Translations under genes and position numbers: made by a program
Shown: positions 62,551 to 64,000 of the stretch, in pieces
Numbering within the stretch: the stretch's first letter is position 1
How the letters are laid out: every line of letters begins with the position of its first letter
Notes under the pieces: generated by a model
What the model was told of the DNA's origin: nothing
Databases searched by the model: none
Seen by the model: the letters and a program-made list of their open reading frames with translations, nothing else
Source: an uncultured Acidobacteriota bacterium
GTDB taxonomy: Bacteria > Acidobacteriota > Vicinamibacteria > Vicinamibacterales > Fen-181
Direction: 5' to 3'
Length of the DNA: 64,000 nucleotides
NCBI GenBank assembly: GCA_963813585.1
Contig: CAWEZL010000001.1
Span: 504,487 to 568,486, forward strand

Positions 62551-62567
62551 CAGGATTCGGGATCCTG
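62551..62567. terminator. short hairpin CAGGAT-tcggg-ATCCTG between convergent stop codons
   Basis: 6-bp stem read directly, with no U-tract on either strand, so this is a weak call. It is related to the GGGATT motif. Confidence 0.25.
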
Positions 62568-62571
62568 ACTC

Positions 62572-64000
62572 CTACTTCAGCGAAATCGTCAGCCGGTACG
62601 CGTCCCCCTCCGCCTTCGTCTCGGTGGCGAACTTCATCTTCTCGAAGACGCGCAGCATCGGCTCGTTCTCGCGCAGGATCTCCGCCGTGAAGCCGTGGAG
62701 GCCCTGGCGCCGGGCGATTTGTGTCAGGTAGGCGAGGAGCTCGGTCCCGATGCCCCGGTTCTGGTACTGGTCCCGCACCGCGAACGCCACGTTGGCCGTC
62801 AGACCGTCCTCCTCCAGGTAGTACTCGGCCAGGCCCACGACCTCCTGCCGGGTGCCCGTCTCGACGCACGCGAGGATCACCATCTCGCGCGTGTAGTCGA
62901 TGACCACGTACTCCTGCAGGCGCTCGTGCGGCATCTCGATGCGCGGCGTCATGAAGCGCCGGTAGAGCGACTTGTCCGACAGCGAGTAGAAGAAGTCCTT
63001 CAGCAACGGCTCGTCGCTGATGCGGACCGGGCGCAGCAGCAGCGGCAGCCCCTTCCGGGTCGCGCGGCGGGTCTCGAGGTGCTCGGGGTACTCGCCCCGC
63101 TCGCCGGGGACGAACGCCTGGTCGCCGTAGATCAGGCGCTGCTCGCGGGCCTCCTCCACCAGCCGGTGGCGGAACGCGGGGTGGGCGATCGCGATCAGGT
63201 CCATCGCCCGCTCGCGCACGTTCTTGCCGTGCACCTGCGCGATGCCGTACTCGGTGACGACGTAGTGCACGTCGCCGCGGTTGAGCGTCGCCCCGGCGCC
63301 CTGCCTCAGGGCCGGCACGATGCGCGACACGGCGCCGCCCTGCGCGGTCGACTGGATGGCGAGGATCGACTTGCCGCCCGGCGCCAGGATCGCCCCCCGC
63401 ATGAAGTCGGCCTGCCCGCCGATCCCCGAGTAGAAGACGTTGCCGATCGACTCGGCGCTCGCCTGGCCCGTCAGGTCGATCTCGAGCACGCTGTTGATCG
63501 CGCACATCCCCTCGTGGCGGGCGATCACCAGCGGGTTGTTCGTGTAGTCGATGGTCTTCAGCTCGACCGCCGGGTTGTCGTCGACGAAGCGGTAGGTGTC
63601 GCGGCGGCCCATGCAGAAGCTCGCCACGGTCTTCCCGCGGTTCACCGTCTTGCGCGAGTTGTCCACGACCCCCGCCCGCATCAGCTCGACGATCCCGTCG
63701 GTCAGCAGCTCCGTGTGCACCCCCAGGTGCTTCTTCCGGCCGAGCGCCGACAGGATGGCGTTCGGCACGCTGCCGTAGCCCACCTGGATGGTGTCGCCGT
63801 CCTCGACGATGCTGGCGACGTGCCGGCCGATGCGGCGGGCGATCTCGTCGGGCACCGTCGTGGCGTACTCGAGCAGCGGCTCGTCGTGGGGCACCACGAA
63901 GTCGACCTCGTTGACGTGCAGGAACCCGTCGCCGTGCACCCGCGGCATCTCCCGGTTCACCTGGGCGATCACCAGCGGCGCGTCGCGGATCGCCGCCTTC
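62572..64000 (-). CDS. acetyl-CoA hydrolase/transferase-family domain fused to a C-terminal GNAT acetyltransferase (N-terminus beyond window end)
   Basis: The reading frame stays open to position 64000 (…KAAIRDAPLVIAQVN…). The CoA-transferase C-domain has EIDLTGQASAES...GIGGQADF. The C-terminal GNAT has QNRGIGTELL. Confidence 0.8.
   Translation of the reverse strand, partial: KAAIRDAPLVIAQVNREMPRVHGDGFLHVNEVDFVVPHDEPLLEYATTVPDEIARRIGRHVASIVEDGDTIQVGYGSVPNAILSALGRKKHLGVHTELLTDGIVELMRAGVVDNSRKTVNRGKTVASFCMGRRDTYRFVDDNPAVELKTIDYTNNPLVIARHEGMCAINSVLEIDLTGQASAESIGNVFYSGIGGQADFMRGAILAPGGKSILAIQSTAQGGAVSRIVPALRQGAGATLNRGDVHYVVTEYGIAQVHGKNVRERAMDLIAIAHPAFRHRLVEEAREQRLIYGDQAFVPGERGEYPEHLETRRATRKGLPLLLRPVRISDEPLLKDFFYSLSDKSLYRRFMTPRIEMPHERLQEYVVIDYTREMVILACVETGTRQEVVGLAEYYLEEDGLTANVAFAVRDQYQNRGIGTELLAYLTQIARRQGLHGFTAEILRENEPMLRVFEKMKFATETKAEGDAYRLTISLK

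Overview
This is a very GC-rich bacterial chromosomal window. I saw no rRNA, tRNA, transposase, integrase, CRISPR/cas or recognisable defence genes. The protein repertoire looks Acidobacteriota-like: an acidobacterial-type VWA protein, a tricorn-like protease, a long PIG-L fusion, secreted amidohydrolases and an M14 peptidase, plus G-rich intergenic fillers. That taxonomic placement is inference only. I support about 52 protein-coding loci. Most are on the minus strand, and many are chained by 4-nt ATGA/GTGA start-stop overlaps.

Main content:
- secreted hydrolases and peptidases
- an aromatic-amino-acid-decarboxylase operon
- a tungsten-type aldehyde:ferredoxin oxidoreductase with a ThiS/MoaD-like carrier and an aldehyde dehydrogenase
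- a glutamine-synthetase-like / C-N hydrolase pair
- an MBOAT + SGNH-like acylation pair
- a dsrC-dsrM-dsrK-like module next to cobA
- a fused formimidoyltransferase-cyclodeaminase
- a type IV pilus minor-pilin/PilY1 operon
- an ACT / histidine kinase / sigma-54 response-regulator unit
- an AcsA-type acyl-CoA synthetase convergent with a CoA-transferase-GNAT fusion

Most interesting observations:
1. The dsrK-like gene can only be read by hopping frames six times. Three other genes carry one break each. All nine breaks are repaired by removing a single coding-strand G.
2. A perfect 68-nt AT-rich hairpin sits exactly between a Shine-Dalgarno sequence and the dsrC start codon.
3. Several families of short intergenic repeats sit at gene boundaries: a 23-nt palindromic REP-like element in paired copies, a GAGCAGGGCTTCAGCCCTGCTC hairpin whose loop supplies stop codons, TAG-containing heptamers, GGGATT tracts, and a 14-nt tandem array next to a sigma-54-like promoter.
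4. Some domain fusions are unusual: DksA-type zinc finger with PP2C, and CoA-transferase with GNAT.

The many ORFs of 600-2000 aa in the supplied track that run antisense to these genes are GC-driven artefacts. All family calls come from motif recognition by eye. No alignments or searches were run.
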